Source: an uncultured Polaribacter sp. (lineage in GTDB: Bacteria > Bacteroidota > Bacteroidia > Flavobacteriales > Flavobacteriaceae). From it: DNA of 64,000 nt. Positions 29,553-39,109 of the stretch are shown one piece after another. Location: contig CAJWTV010000004.1 of assembly GCA_913047375.1 (NCBI GenBank), forward strand, positions 12,428 to 76,427, given 5' to 3'. The notes beneath the pieces were generated by a model. That model searched no databases. It worked only from the letters and a program-made list of their open reading frames with translations, and was not told the DNA's origin. How positions within the stretch are numbered: the stretch's first letter is position 1; each line of letters opens with the position of its first letter. Both the position numbers and the translations under genes were made by a program.

Positions 29553-30647
29553 ATGAGGATAAAAGAAATTACAAACTATATCGAAGAGTTAGCTCCGCTT
29601 AGTTACGCTGAAGATTTTGATAACGTTGGTCTATTAATTGGTAGTTATAATTCAGAAGTTAAAGGTGTATTAGTTACTTTAGATACCTTAGAAGAAACTG
29701 TTGACGAAGCAATAACAAAGAATTGTAATTTAATTATTAGTTTTCATCCCATAATATTTGATGGATTAAAAAAAATTAATGGGAACTCTTATGTTGAAAG
29801 AGTTGCTATAAAAGCTATAAAAAATGATATAGCTATCTATGCTACCCATACAGCTTTAGATAACTCTAGAAAGGGTGTTTCTGCTAAAATGTGTGAAATC
29901 ATAGGATTAGTAAATACTAAGATATTAATTCCAAAAAAAGGAATAATAAAAAAACTAACGACTTATGTTCCTACTAAAGATGCTGATTCTTTAAGATCTT
30001 CACTTTTTGAAGTGGGTGCTGGAGATATAGGTAATTATGATCAATGTTCATTTAATACAAGTGGTGAAAGTACTTTTAAAGGGAATCAAAATTCGAACCC
30101 TATCCTCGGTAAAAAAGGAAAGCTTCATAAAGAAAAGGAAACTCAAATTAGTTTAATATTTGAGAGTAAAAATGAAACTAGGATTTTAAATAAACTGTTT
30201 GAAATTCATCCTTATGATGAGGTTTCATACGAATTACTAACTACCCAAAATGAACATCAAGATATTGGAATCGGTATGATTGGAGAGCTATCTCAAGAAA
30301 TGAATGAAAAGGATTTTTTACTATATCTTAAAAAAACAATGAAAACCGATTTGATACGATATTCTGAATTTATAAACAGAAAGATCAAAAAAGTAGCAGT
30401 TTTAGGAGGTTCAGGAAGTTTTGCTATTTTAAATGCAAAAAGAGCGGGTGCAGACGCATATATTAGTGCTGATTTTAAATATCATGATTTTTTTAAAGCT
30501 GAAAGAGAGATTTTATTAGCTGATATTGGGCATTATGAAAGCGAACAGTTTACAAAAACCCTTTTGGTTGATTATCTTACGAAAAAATTTAGTAATTTTG
30601 CAATCGTTTTATCACAAAAAAGTACAAACCCTATTTATTACATATAA
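29553..30647 (+). CDS. Nif3-like dinuclear metal-centre protein
   Basis: DNVGL, FHPIIF, HTALD, HPYDE and GHYESE; TAACTTTG at 29523-29530 supports the ATG at 29553. Confidence 0.93.
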   Translation: MRIKEITNYIEELAPLSYAEDFDNVGLLIGSYNSEVKGVLVTLDTLEETVDEAITKNCNLIISFHPIIFDGLKKINGNSYVERVAIKAIKNDIAIYATHTALDNSRKGVSAKMCEIIGLVNTKILIPKKGIIKKLTTYVPTKDADSLRSSLFEVGAGDIGNYDQCSFNTSGESTFKGNQNSNPILGKKGKLHKEKETQISLIFESKNETRILNKLFEIHPYDEVSYELLTTQNEHQDIGIGMIGELSQEMNEKDFLLYLKKTMKTDLIRYSEFINRKIKKVAVLGGSGSFAILNAKRAGADAYISADFKYHDFFKAEREILLADIGHYESEQFTKTLLVDYLTKKFSNFAIVLSQKSTNPIYYI

Positions 30648-30649
30648 AC

Positions 30650-31423
30650 ATGGCAAAGAAGAAAGAAGTTTCTGTTGAACAAAAATTAAGAGCACTTTAT
30701 GACTTACAATTGATTGACTCTAGAATTGACGAAATTAGAAATGTAAGAGGAGAATTACCTTTAGAAGTTGAGGATTTAGCTGATGAAGTTGCCGGTTTAA
30801 ACACACGTGTTTCTAACCTGAGTGAAGATATCTCTAATTTAGAAACAGATATTAATAATAAAAAATTAGCTATAGAAGAATCTACTTCGTTAATGAAAAA
30901 ATATGAAGAGCAACAGCAGAAAGTTCGCAACAATAGAGAGTTTGATTCTTTAGCTAAAGAAATTGATTTTCAAGATTTAGAAATTCAATTAGCTGAAAAA
31001 AGAATCAATGAGTATAAGGCTAAGATTTCACAAAAAGAGGAAGTAATAAATTCAACTAAGGAGAAATTAGGTAAGCAAGAAGAGCATTTAGGACATAAAA
31101 AATCTGAATTAGATGCAATTTTAAAAGAAACAGAAAAAGAAGAAAAATTATTAGCTGAGAAATCTGAAGAGTATTCAAAATCCTTAGATGCTCATTTATT
31201 TACTGCTTACAATAGAATTAGAACTAAAGTAAAAAACGGTTTAGCAGTTGTAGCTATTGAAAGAGGTGCTTCTGGAGGTTCTTATTTTACAATACCACCT
31301 CAAGTTCAATTAGAAATCGCAAACAGAAAAAGAATTACTATAGATGAGCACAGTGGCCGTATATTAGTTGATGCTGTTCTAGCTGAGGAGGAAAAGAAAA
31401 AAATCGATAAAATATTTTCGTAA
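30650..31423 (+). CDS. Coiled-coil protein with degenerate C4 zinc-ribbon (DUF164/CT398-like)
   Basis: LQLIDS, NNREFDSL, long coiled coil, ASGGS..IPPQ..DEHSGRIL; usual Nif3 neighbour. Confidence 0.88.
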   Translation: MAKKKEVSVEQKLRALYDLQLIDSRIDEIRNVRGELPLEVEDLADEVAGLNTRVSNLSEDISNLETDINNKKLAIEESTSLMKKYEEQQQKVRNNREFDSLAKEIDFQDLEIQLAEKRINEYKAKISQKEEVINSTKEKLGKQEEHLGHKKSELDAILKETEKEEKLLAEKSEEYSKSLDAHLFTAYNRIRTKVKNGLAVVAIERGASGGSYFTIPPQVQLEIANRKRITIDEHSGRILVDAVLAEEEKKKIDKIFS

Positions 31424-31440
31424 TAAAATAATTATATTAA

Positions 31441-31481
31441 ATAATAAAAAACTCGAAGCTTGTCTTCGAGTTTTTTATTAT
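31441..31481 (+). terminator. Intrinsic terminator
   Basis: ATAATAAAAAACTCGAAG/CTTCGAGTTTTTTATTAT inverted repeat. Confidence 0.9.
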
Positions 31482-31495
31482 AAAAAAATAATCAA

Positions 31496-31858
31496 ATGAA
31501 AACTACTACACTTGTTTTAGGAGCTTCTTTAAAAGAAGATAGATACTCCAATAAAGTTATCAAAAAACTAAAAGAATATAAACAAGAAGTTTCAGCTATT
31601 GGTTTTCAAAAGGGAGTAGTTGCAAATGTAATTATAGAAGTTGATAGTAAAAATTATACAAATATAGATACTGTTACTTTATATTTAAATCCAAAAAGAC
31701 AAGAGATCTATTATAAATATATTATTAGTTTGAAACCAAGGAGAGTGATTTTTAACCCTGGAACAGAAAATCTCCAGTTTATAGAATTACTTCAAGAAAA
31801 TAAGATAGAAAGTGAAATAGCTTGTACGTTAGTTTTATTATCTACTAAACAGTATTAA
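31496..31858 (+). CDS. CoA-binding protein
   Basis: VLGAS, DTVTLYL, IFNPGTEN and ACTLV. Confidence 0.9.
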   Translation: MKTTTLVLGASLKEDRYSNKVIKKLKEYKQEVSAIGFQKGVVANVIIEVDSKNYTNIDTVTLYLNPKRQEIYYKYIISLKPRRVIFNPGTENLQFIELLQENKIESEIACTLVLLSTKQY

Positions 31859-32772
31859 TCAATAGAAAATACTTCTCCCGCTTCGGTAACTTCTGAATTT
31901 AAAAACACTTCTTTTGCTTCTTTTTTAAATTCAGAAATATCCTTGTAACGTCCAGAGTAATGACCTATTAAGAGCTTTCCAACATTAGCTTCTTTAGCTA
32001 TCTTTGCTGCTTGTTTTGCTGTAGAGTGCTTAGTTTTGTTTGCCAAATCTTCTCTATCTGAAAGAAAAGTGGCTTCATGATATAACAAATCAGCATTTTT
32101 TATTATTGGAACAATATCAGGTTTATATGCTGTGTCACTGCAAAAGGCATAACTAATAGGTTTTTTTGCTTTTAATGTCAGTTCCGAGTTTGGTATGATT
32201 TCACCTGTTGGTAAATGAATATCTTTACCGGCTTTTATATTTAGATAATCTGCCTTATCAATTTCTTCATAATTATTAATATTATCAAAGTGTAATTTTA
32301 AAGGTTTTTGTTTTTCTGTAAATAGATATCCGTTGGTATATATTCTGTGTTTTAATGGAATTGTTTTAACAGAGATCTTTTCATCTTCAAAAATTAATTC
32401 ACTTTTTTTAGATAATAATTCGTGAAATATTATTTTATATTTTGCGTGAGATTGCGAGGTTCTCATCATCACTAATGTTGCTTCTTTAATTCCTTTTGGA
32501 CCAAAAACATGTAAATCCCTTTCACGATTCAAAATACCGAAAGTAGATAGAAGTCCAACTAATCCATAAAAATGATCACCATGTAAATGTGATATAAAAA
32601 TATGATTAATTTTTGTGAATCCAACTTTATATTTTCGCATTTGACGTTGGGTACCCTCTCCACAATCTATTAAAAAATAATGATTATTTATTTCTAAATA
32701 TTGCGAAGTTGGGTGAGCATTTTCTCTCGGAGTAGCCGAGTGGCAACCTAAAATAATAAGTTTTAAACTCAT
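31855..32772 (-). CDS. rnz: Ribonuclease Z
   Basis: DCGEGTQ, SHLHGDH, HEATF, HST and GHYSGRY. Confidence 0.96.
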   Translation of the reverse strand: MSLKLIILGCHSATPRENAHPTSQYLEINNHYFLIDCGEGTQRQMRKYKVGFTKINHIFISHLHGDHFYGLVGLLSTFGILNRERDLHVFGPKGIKEATLVMMRTSQSHAKYKIIFHELLSKKSELIFEDEKISVKTIPLKHRIYTNGYLFTEKQKPLKLHFDNINNYEEIDKADYLNIKAGKDIHLPTGEIIPNSELTLKAKKPISYAFCSDTAYKPDIVPIIKNADLLYHEATFLSDREDLANKTKHSTAKQAAKIAKEANVGKLLIGHYSGRYKDISEFKKEAKEVFLNSEVTEAGEVFSID

Positions 32773-32823
32773 TAAATGTGAATGTATTTATAAACTTTAC
32801 TTTTATTGATTATACTTTCCATA

Positions 32824-33156
32824 TTAAAAACCTAATTCTCTTTCTATACTTTCCATTTCAATAATATCTTCTGCTTCTTGAAGTGTTGGTACAACATTTA
32901 TTTCTTCAGGTAAATCATCAATATTCAAAGATGATATGATAACTACGAAGGATGTATTATTTGCTTTTTTTTCTAATGATATTCTTAAAAACTCTAAAAT
33001 ATTTAAAGAAGTTATATTGAGGTTGTCAGAAAGGTGAAGAATAATATTTTCTTTTTTTTCGCTTTTTATACTGTAATTAAATTTTTTTAAAACATCAGAA
33101 AATAAATTCTCTTCAGTATGGAAAATAGAGTAATTTTCTTTTTTTTCAATTTTCAT
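32824..33156 (-). CDS. Conserved hypothetical protein
   Basis: C-terminal VVPTLQEAEDIIEMESIERELGF, typical of the flavobacterial gene upstream of rnz. Confidence 0.8.
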   Translation of the reverse strand: MKIEKKENYSIFHTEENLFSDVLKKFNYSIKSEKKENIILHLSDNLNITSLNILEFLRISLEKKANNTSFVVIISSLNIDDLPEEINVVPTLQEAEDIIEMESIERELGF

Positions 33157-33191
33157 TATAATTTTTTATGGTAGGGTTTTGTTAAGAAGAA

Positions 33192-34121
33192 CTACCTCTT
33201 AATTTGCTGAGCTAATAAATATATAACCGCCATTCTAATAGCAACCCCGTTTTCTACTTGATCTAAAATAATAGAATCACTCGAGTCTGCAACCTCACTT
33301 GTAATCTCAACACCTCTATTAATTGGACCTGGATGCATAATAACAATTTTCTTTCCAATACGATCAAGTATCTCTTGATTTATACCGTAAAGCTGGGTGT
33401 ATTCTCTAGTTGATGGAAAATAATTTATATCCATTCTTTCATGTTGAACTCTCAGTACGTTTGCAACATCACACCACTCTAGGGCTTTCTTAAGATCAGT
33501 TTCTATTTCTACACCTAAACTTTTAATATATTTAGGTATTAAAGTAGTAGGCCCACAAACCTTTACAGTAGCTCCTTGAAGTTGTAATGCAAAAATATTA
33601 GATAAAGCAACTCTGGAATGTAGCACATCTCCTACGATTAATATTTTTTTTCCCTTTACCTTACCTAGTTTTTCTCTGATAGAATACGAATCCAATAAAG
33701 CTTGTGTAGGATGTTCGTGTGTACCATCGCCAGCATTTATAATTTTAGCATCTACATGTTTAGATAAGAAAACACCTGCACCCACATTACCATGGCGCAT
33801 AACTATAATGTCGACTTTCATCGCTAAAATATTATTTACTGTATCTATTAAAGTTTCTCCTTTCTTTAAAGAGGATTGGCTAGCTGAAAAATTCAGGATA
33901 TCTGCAGAAAGTCTCTTTTCTGCTAACTCAAAACTCAACTTTGTTCTTGTACTATTTTCAAAAAATAAATTAGCTATTGTTATATCTCTTAATGAAGGAA
34001 CTTTTTTAATTGGTCTGTTAATCACTTTTTTAAATTGATCAGCAGTTTCGAAAATAAGATCAATATCCGTATTTTTTAGATATTTTATTCCCAATAAATG
34101 TTCTACACTTAGTTGTTTCAT
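33192..34121 (-). CDS. pyrB: Aspartate carbamoyltransferase catalytic subunit
   Basis: FFENSTRT, HEHPTQALLD, RVQHER and HPGP. Confidence 0.97.
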   Translation of the reverse strand: MKQLSVEHLLGIKYLKNTDIDLIFETADQFKKVINRPIKKVPSLRDITIANLFFENSTRTKLSFELAEKRLSADILNFSASQSSLKKGETLIDTVNNILAMKVDIIVMRHGNVGAGVFLSKHVDAKIINAGDGTHEHPTQALLDSYSIREKLGKVKGKKILIVGDVLHSRVALSNIFALQLQGATVKVCGPTTLIPKYIKSLGVEIETDLKKALEWCDVANVLRVQHERMDINYFPSTREYTQLYGINQEILDRIGKKIVIMHPGPINRGVEITSEVADSSDSIILDQVENGVAIRMAVIYLLAQQIKR

Positions 34122-34122
34122 A

Positions 34123-34662
34123 TTAGATAGCTTCTATATAAACTGCGTCTCTTTTATCTGTTTCTTTCCAAGTAACTAATACTTTCTCTTCATCAATAGC
34201 ATCAACTTGCCTTCCTCTGTAATCAGGTTGTATGGGGAGGTGTCGACTAAACCTTCTGTCTATTAAAACTAATAACTCTACACTCTCTGGTCTACCATAA
34301 GACTGAATAGCTGTAAGTGCTGCTCTAACGCTTCTTCCAGAAAATAGAACATCATCAATAAAAACTACTTTTTTATTTTCTACTAAAAAATCTATTTCTG
34401 TGGTATTTGCTTCAATTGGAATATCTCTTCTTCTAAAGTCATCCCTATAAAATGTTATATCTAAAGAGCCTAATTTCACTTCTTTGATTTGGTATTTGTC
34501 TTTTAATAATAACAACAATCTATTAGCCAGAAATGAGCCTCTTGGTTGAAGACCTATTAAGACTGTATTAGAAAAATCGTTATGATTTTCGATTAACTGG
34601 CACGCTAATCGGTTTAAAATAATTTCAACATCCTTAGAGTTAAGTAAGGTTTTTTTGCTCAT
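34123..34662 (-). CDS. pyrR: Bifunctional pyr regulator / uracil phosphoribosyltransferase
   Basis: LDITFYRDD, IDDVLFSGRSVRAA and DRRFSRHLPIQPDY. Confidence 0.95.
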   Translation of the reverse strand: MSKKTLLNSKDVEIILNRLACQLIENHNDFSNTVLIGLQPRGSFLANRLLLLLKDKYQIKEVKLGSLDITFYRDDFRRRDIPIEANTTEIDFLVENKKVVFIDDVLFSGRSVRAALTAIQSYGRPESVELLVLIDRRFSRHLPIQPDYRGRQVDAIDEEKVLVTWKETDKRDAVYIEAI

Positions 34663-34852
34663 AAGAAGCCTGTTTAATTAGGTAAACAGTTATCAAAACA
34701 CAAAACTAATGTAAAATTTTGTACAAGCAAAATTTATCCAATATAAAACGGGTCACTATTTGTTAATTAAATTGTTGAAAAAAAAACAATAGATTATCAA
34801 CGATATGGAAGACTTGTAGTACATTTAAAATAATAATTCAAACGCAATAGCT

Positions 34853-36223
34853 ATGTCTTTAGTGAAATTTGAATCAATGTTGAAAACAAATAGTGTTTAT
34901 TTCTTTGATTTAACTGAATTTGAGGAGATTATAATTCATTATATTGATATCGGAAAGCATTCTTTAGCGAAAAAGGCTTTAAATTTAGGTTTAGAACAAC
35001 ATCCAGATTCTGTAGATTTAAAATTACTACAAATAGAAATTTATGTTTTTGAAAATAAATTAGATTTAGCTAAAGAACTTCTTTTACAAATAGAAATTTT
35101 AGAACCTAATAATGATGAAGTTTTTATCCAGAAAGCAACTATTTTATCTAAAGAAGGAAAGCATAAAGAAGCGATATTATATTTAAATAAAGCATTAACC
35201 CTAACTGACGATAAAGAAGATATATGGTCTTTATTAGGTATGGAGTATCTTTATTTAGATGATTACGAAAACGCATTATTATGTTTTATAAATTGTGTTT
35301 TTGTAGACTTTGAAGATTATTCATCATTATACAATGTGTTGTATTGTTTTGACATGCAGCAGAAGCATCAAGAAGCAATAGATTTCTTAAATGATTATAT
35401 TGACAAAAACCCTTATTGTGAAGTAGCTTGGCATCAAATTGGTCGTCAATACTCAGTTTTAAAAAGATATGAAGAAGCTCTAATTGCCTATGATTTTGCA
35501 GTGATTATTGATGAGTCCTTTGTTGGAGGTTATTTAGAGAAAGCAAAAGCATTAGAGGAGTTAGGTGAATATAAAGAAGCCATCGAAAATTATTTAATTA
35601 CATTAGAGTTAGATGATGCCACTGCATTTGCTTTTATTAGAATTGGAGAATGCCATCAAAAGTTAGAAAATTATGATACAGCAATTTTATATTATCAAAA
35701 AGCTGTTCATGAAGATCCTCTTTTAGACAAAGGCTGGTTGTTTTTAGCTAATTTATATTTAGATCAAAATAATTATGAAAAAGCAAGTTATTCCATAGCT
35801 AAAGCTTTAAAAATTGATGAATCTAATTCGCTTTATTGGAGAAGATACTCTGAAATAAAATTAAAATTAAGTTTTTTTGAAGAAGCAATTAATGGGTTTA
35901 AAAAATGCTTATTTTTAGGTGACGATGATGTCAATACTTTTATAGCTTTATCAGATGTTCTTGCTTTTATTGGTGAATTTGAAGAAGCTTTAAGTGTTTT
36001 ATTTAAAGCTCAAAAAATGCATATAAATCTGGCAGAAATTGAATACCGATTAGCAGCCTTGTCATTAATTTTAAATAAGAAAAAAATTGGTACAATTCAC
36101 CTGATAAACGGTATGAAAATCGATTACGAATGTCATATCATATTAAAAGAATTATATCCAACTATATATTTCAATAAAAATATTCAAAAATTATTGATTG
36201 ATTTCAAGAAGGCAACAGAATAA
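34853..36223 (+). CDS. Tetratricopeptide-repeat protein
   Basis: Repeated TPR-like helices; KFESMLKTN N-terminus. Confidence 0.88.
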   Translation: MSLVKFESMLKTNSVYFFDLTEFEEIIIHYIDIGKHSLAKKALNLGLEQHPDSVDLKLLQIEIYVFENKLDLAKELLLQIEILEPNNDEVFIQKATILSKEGKHKEAILYLNKALTLTDDKEDIWSLLGMEYLYLDDYENALLCFINCVFVDFEDYSSLYNVLYCFDMQQKHQEAIDFLNDYIDKNPYCEVAWHQIGRQYSVLKRYEEALIAYDFAVIIDESFVGGYLEKAKALEELGEYKEAIENYLITLELDDATAFAFIRIGECHQKLENYDTAILYYQKAVHEDPLLDKGWLFLANLYLDQNNYEKASYSIAKALKIDESNSLYWRRYSEIKLKLSFFEEAINGFKKCLFLGDDDVNTFIALSDVLAFIGEFEEALSVLFKAQKMHINLAEIEYRLAALSLILNKKKIGTIHLINGMKIDYECHIILKELYPTIYFNKNIQKLLIDFKKATE

Positions 36224-36307
36224 TCAACAGTTTATTCTTCTTTAAAGCCTATTTTTTAAAAACTTTTCTCAAAAATATTTTATCTTCGTCTAATCAAATA
36301 ATGTAAA

Positions 36308-37234
36308 ATGGTTAGAGTATTAAAAGATTATCTTATAATTGGTTTGAAAGGAATGGCTATGGGAGCTGCAGATGTTGTTCCAGGAGTCTCTGGTGGAACA
36401 ATTGCATTTATTTCTGGTATTTATGAAGAATTGCTAACTTCTATCAGTAATATTAATTTCAGTTTATTCAAAACTCTTAAATCAGATGGTTTCAAGGCTG
36501 TATGGAAATTATTAAATGGCAATTTTTTAATATCTCTTTTTATTGGCATATTTATTAGTATTTTATCTCTAGCTAAAGTGATTAAATATTTATTAGAGAA
36601 CCATTCTATTTTATTGTGGTCTTTCTTTTTTGGATTAGTACTAGCAAGTTTGATATATATAGCAAAACAAATAACAAAATGGGATTTTATTTCCTTTTTT
36701 GTTTTAATTTTAGGAGCTATTTTGGCTTATTATATTACTACTTTAAATCCTTTAATTTCTGAAAATTCTTCGCCCGGATTTCTATTTTTGGCTGGTGCAA
36801 TTGCAATTTGTGCTATGATTTTACCGGGAATCTCAGGTTCTTTTATTTTGGTTTTACTTGGAGCCTATAAACCTGTTCTAGATGCTGTTAGTAGTAAAGA
36901 TTTTAAAACTATTTTAATTTTTATGGCAGGTGCTGTAATTGGTTTACTAACTTTTTCTAGAGTTTTAAAATGGCTATTTAAACATTATAAGAATTTAACC
37001 TTAGCAGCCTTAACAGGCTTCATTATTGGCTCTTTAAATAAGATTTGGCCATGGAAAGAAACTCTTACTTGGCGTATTAATTCTCAGGGTATAAAAACTC
37101 CTTTTAATCAAGAGAGTATTTCTCCTTTTTCATATTCAGATGAAAGTCATTTAATGATGGCCTCGGCTTTAGCCTTTTTTGGATTTTCTCTTATTTTATT
37201 AATGGAGTATTTTGCAAAAAAAAAGTATAAATGA
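36308..37234 (+). CDS. DUF368 membrane protein (undecaprenyl-phosphate translocase family)
   Basis: GAADVVPGVSGGT, MILPGISGS and KIWPW. Confidence 0.92.
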   Translation: MVRVLKDYLIIGLKGMAMGAADVVPGVSGGTIAFISGIYEELLTSISNINFSLFKTLKSDGFKAVWKLLNGNFLISLFIGIFISILSLAKVIKYLLENHSILLWSFFFGLVLASLIYIAKQITKWDFISFFVLILGAILAYYITTLNPLISENSSPGFLFLAGAIAICAMILPGISGSFILVLLGAYKPVLDAVSSKDFKTILIFMAGAVIGLLTFSRVLKWLFKHYKNLTLAALTGFIIGSLNKIWPWKETLTWRINSQGIKTPFNQESISPFSYSDESHLMMASALAFFGFSLILLMEYFAKKKYK

Positions 37235-38241
37235 AGCAAGAAAGAACTTTTTTGCATAAACTAAATCTCTTTTTAAAAGGTTTAGTTATGGGAATAGCTA
37301 ATAAAGTTCCCGGTGTTTCCGGTGGTACGGTGTCCTTTGTTTTGAATTTTTATGAAGAACTAATCTACTCATTTAAAAAAATAAATTTAGGAGGTTTAAA
37401 GCTTCTTATGAAAGGAGAACTTAAAAGTTTCTATGTTCATATAAATGGACAATTTCTCTTATTAATAATGGGAGGGAGTCTTTTCAGTTACTTTAGCCTA
37501 TCATTAGTTTTAGATTATTTCTTAGCTAATTACGAGTTGTATGTTTGGAGTTGGTTCTTTGGTATGATCGTTGGTTCGATATTTTATATTGGAAAAGATT
37601 TTAGTAAATGGAACTTTAAAATAATTATTTTTTTAGTGATTGGAGTATCTATAGGTATTGGAGTTAGTTTTTTAACTCCTGCTAAAGAGAATGATAATTT
37701 ATGGTTTGTTTTTTTCTGTGGAATTATAGGTGTTTCAGGAATGACACTTCCAGGTTTATCTGGTTCTTTTATTTTAATTCTATTAGGAAACTATGTATTA
37801 CTTTTAGTAGACTCGGTAAACGTTCTATCTAAAGTTATTACAGAGGTGTTCTCTGGTGATTTTTCAGTGTTTAGAGATGAAGTAAAGATAAGATACCTTA
37901 AGGTTATAGCTGTTTTTACAGGAGGTTCTTTATTTGGATTAATAACAATGTCCCATATTTTAGGGTATGTTATAAAACGATGGAAGCACTTTGTTAATGC
38001 AGTTATTATAGGTTTTATTACTGGTTCTTTGGGAATTGTATGGCCATGGAAAAAAACAGTTTTTTTAGAAGAAAATGGTGTATTTATTTTAGATAGTAAA
38101 CGAAATAAAATTGTAGAAAATTATGAGCGATTTATTCCTGAATTTTCAAACAATGAAACTTGGTTTGCTTTTTTATATATGGCTTTAGGTTTAGGATTGA
38201 TTTTAGTATTAGATTTTTATGGAAGAAAAAGCAAAAAATAA
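37231..38241 (+). CDS. DUF368 membrane protein, second paralogue
   Basis: ANKVPGVSGGT, MTLPGLSGS and VWPW. Confidence 0.9.
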   Translation: MKQERTFLHKLNLFLKGLVMGIANKVPGVSGGTVSFVLNFYEELIYSFKKINLGGLKLLMKGELKSFYVHINGQFLLLIMGGSLFSYFSLSLVLDYFLANYELYVWSWFFGMIVGSIFYIGKDFSKWNFKIIIFLVIGVSIGIGVSFLTPAKENDNLWFVFFCGIIGVSGMTLPGLSGSFILILLGNYVLLLVDSVNVLSKVITEVFSGDFSVFRDEVKIRYLKVIAVFTGGSLFGLITMSHILGYVIKRWKHFVNAVIIGFITGSLGIVWPWKKTVFLEENGVFILDSKRNKIVENYERFIPEFSNNETWFAFLYMALGLGLILVLDFYGRKSKK

Positions 38242-38977
38242 TTTATACGGACTTTTAGGAAGAGATATTGGATATTCTTTTTCTAGGGGATATTTTACAG
38301 ATAAATTTGAAAAAGAAAATATCAAATATTCAGAATATGTAAATTTTGATTTAAGCTCTATTAAAAAGTTTAATGCATTATTCTTTAATAACAAATCTCA
38401 CTTACAAGGAATAAATGTAACTATCCCATATAAAGAAGAAGTGATTCCATATCTAGATAAGCTTGATAAGGTAGCTAAAGAAATAGGCGCTGTAAATACA
38501 ATAAAGATAACTAAAGAAGGATTGTTAAAAGGCTATAATACAGATTTTTACGGGTTTGAAAACTCGTTAAAGCCTCTGCTTCAAAAACAACATAAAAAAG
38601 CCCTGATTCTAGGCTCTGGCGGTGCCTCTAAAGCTATTGCATATTCTTTAAAAAAAATGAAGATTAAATATAAATTTGTATCTAGAGATCCATCAAATAA
38701 AAAAGAAATCTCTTATGATCAAATTACTGAAGATTTATTAAGAGAATATAATATAATTATTAATTCTACTCCTTTAGGCACATTTCCAGAAGTACATTTA
38801 AAGCCAAAACTTCCTTATCGATTTATATCTAAAGATCACCTATTATTTGATTTAATTTATAATCCTGTAGTTTCATCTTTTTTGAAAGAAGGTATTAATA
38901 GAGGAGCTATTATTAAGAATGGTTTGCAAATGCTAGAGTTACAAGCCGAAGAATCATGGCGGATTTGGAAAAAATAA
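38219..38977 (+). CDS. aroE: Shikimate dehydrogenase
   Basis: NVTIPYK, GAVNT, NTD, GSGGAS, DLIYNP and GLQMLELQA. Confidence 0.95.
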   Translation: MEEKAKNNLYGLLGRDIGYSFSRGYFTDKFEKENIKYSEYVNFDLSSIKKFNALFFNNKSHLQGINVTIPYKEEVIPYLDKLDKVAKEIGAVNTIKITKEGLLKGYNTDFYGFENSLKPLLQKQHKKALILGSGGASKAIAYSLKKMKIKYKFVSRDPSNKKEISYDQITEDLLREYNIIINSTPLGTFPEVHLKPKLPYRFISKDHLLFDLIYNPVVSSFLKEGINRGAIIKNGLQMLELQAEESWRIWKK

Positions 38978-39109
38978 AAATATACATAACAAAGCCTTAT
39001 TAGATAATAGAAATAATTATTTTTCAATAAATTATAAAATTTTATAAAAAATGATGTAAGATCTAACTATCTTTATACTCTGTAATATAGACCCTTAAAC
39101 ATTGTAAAT

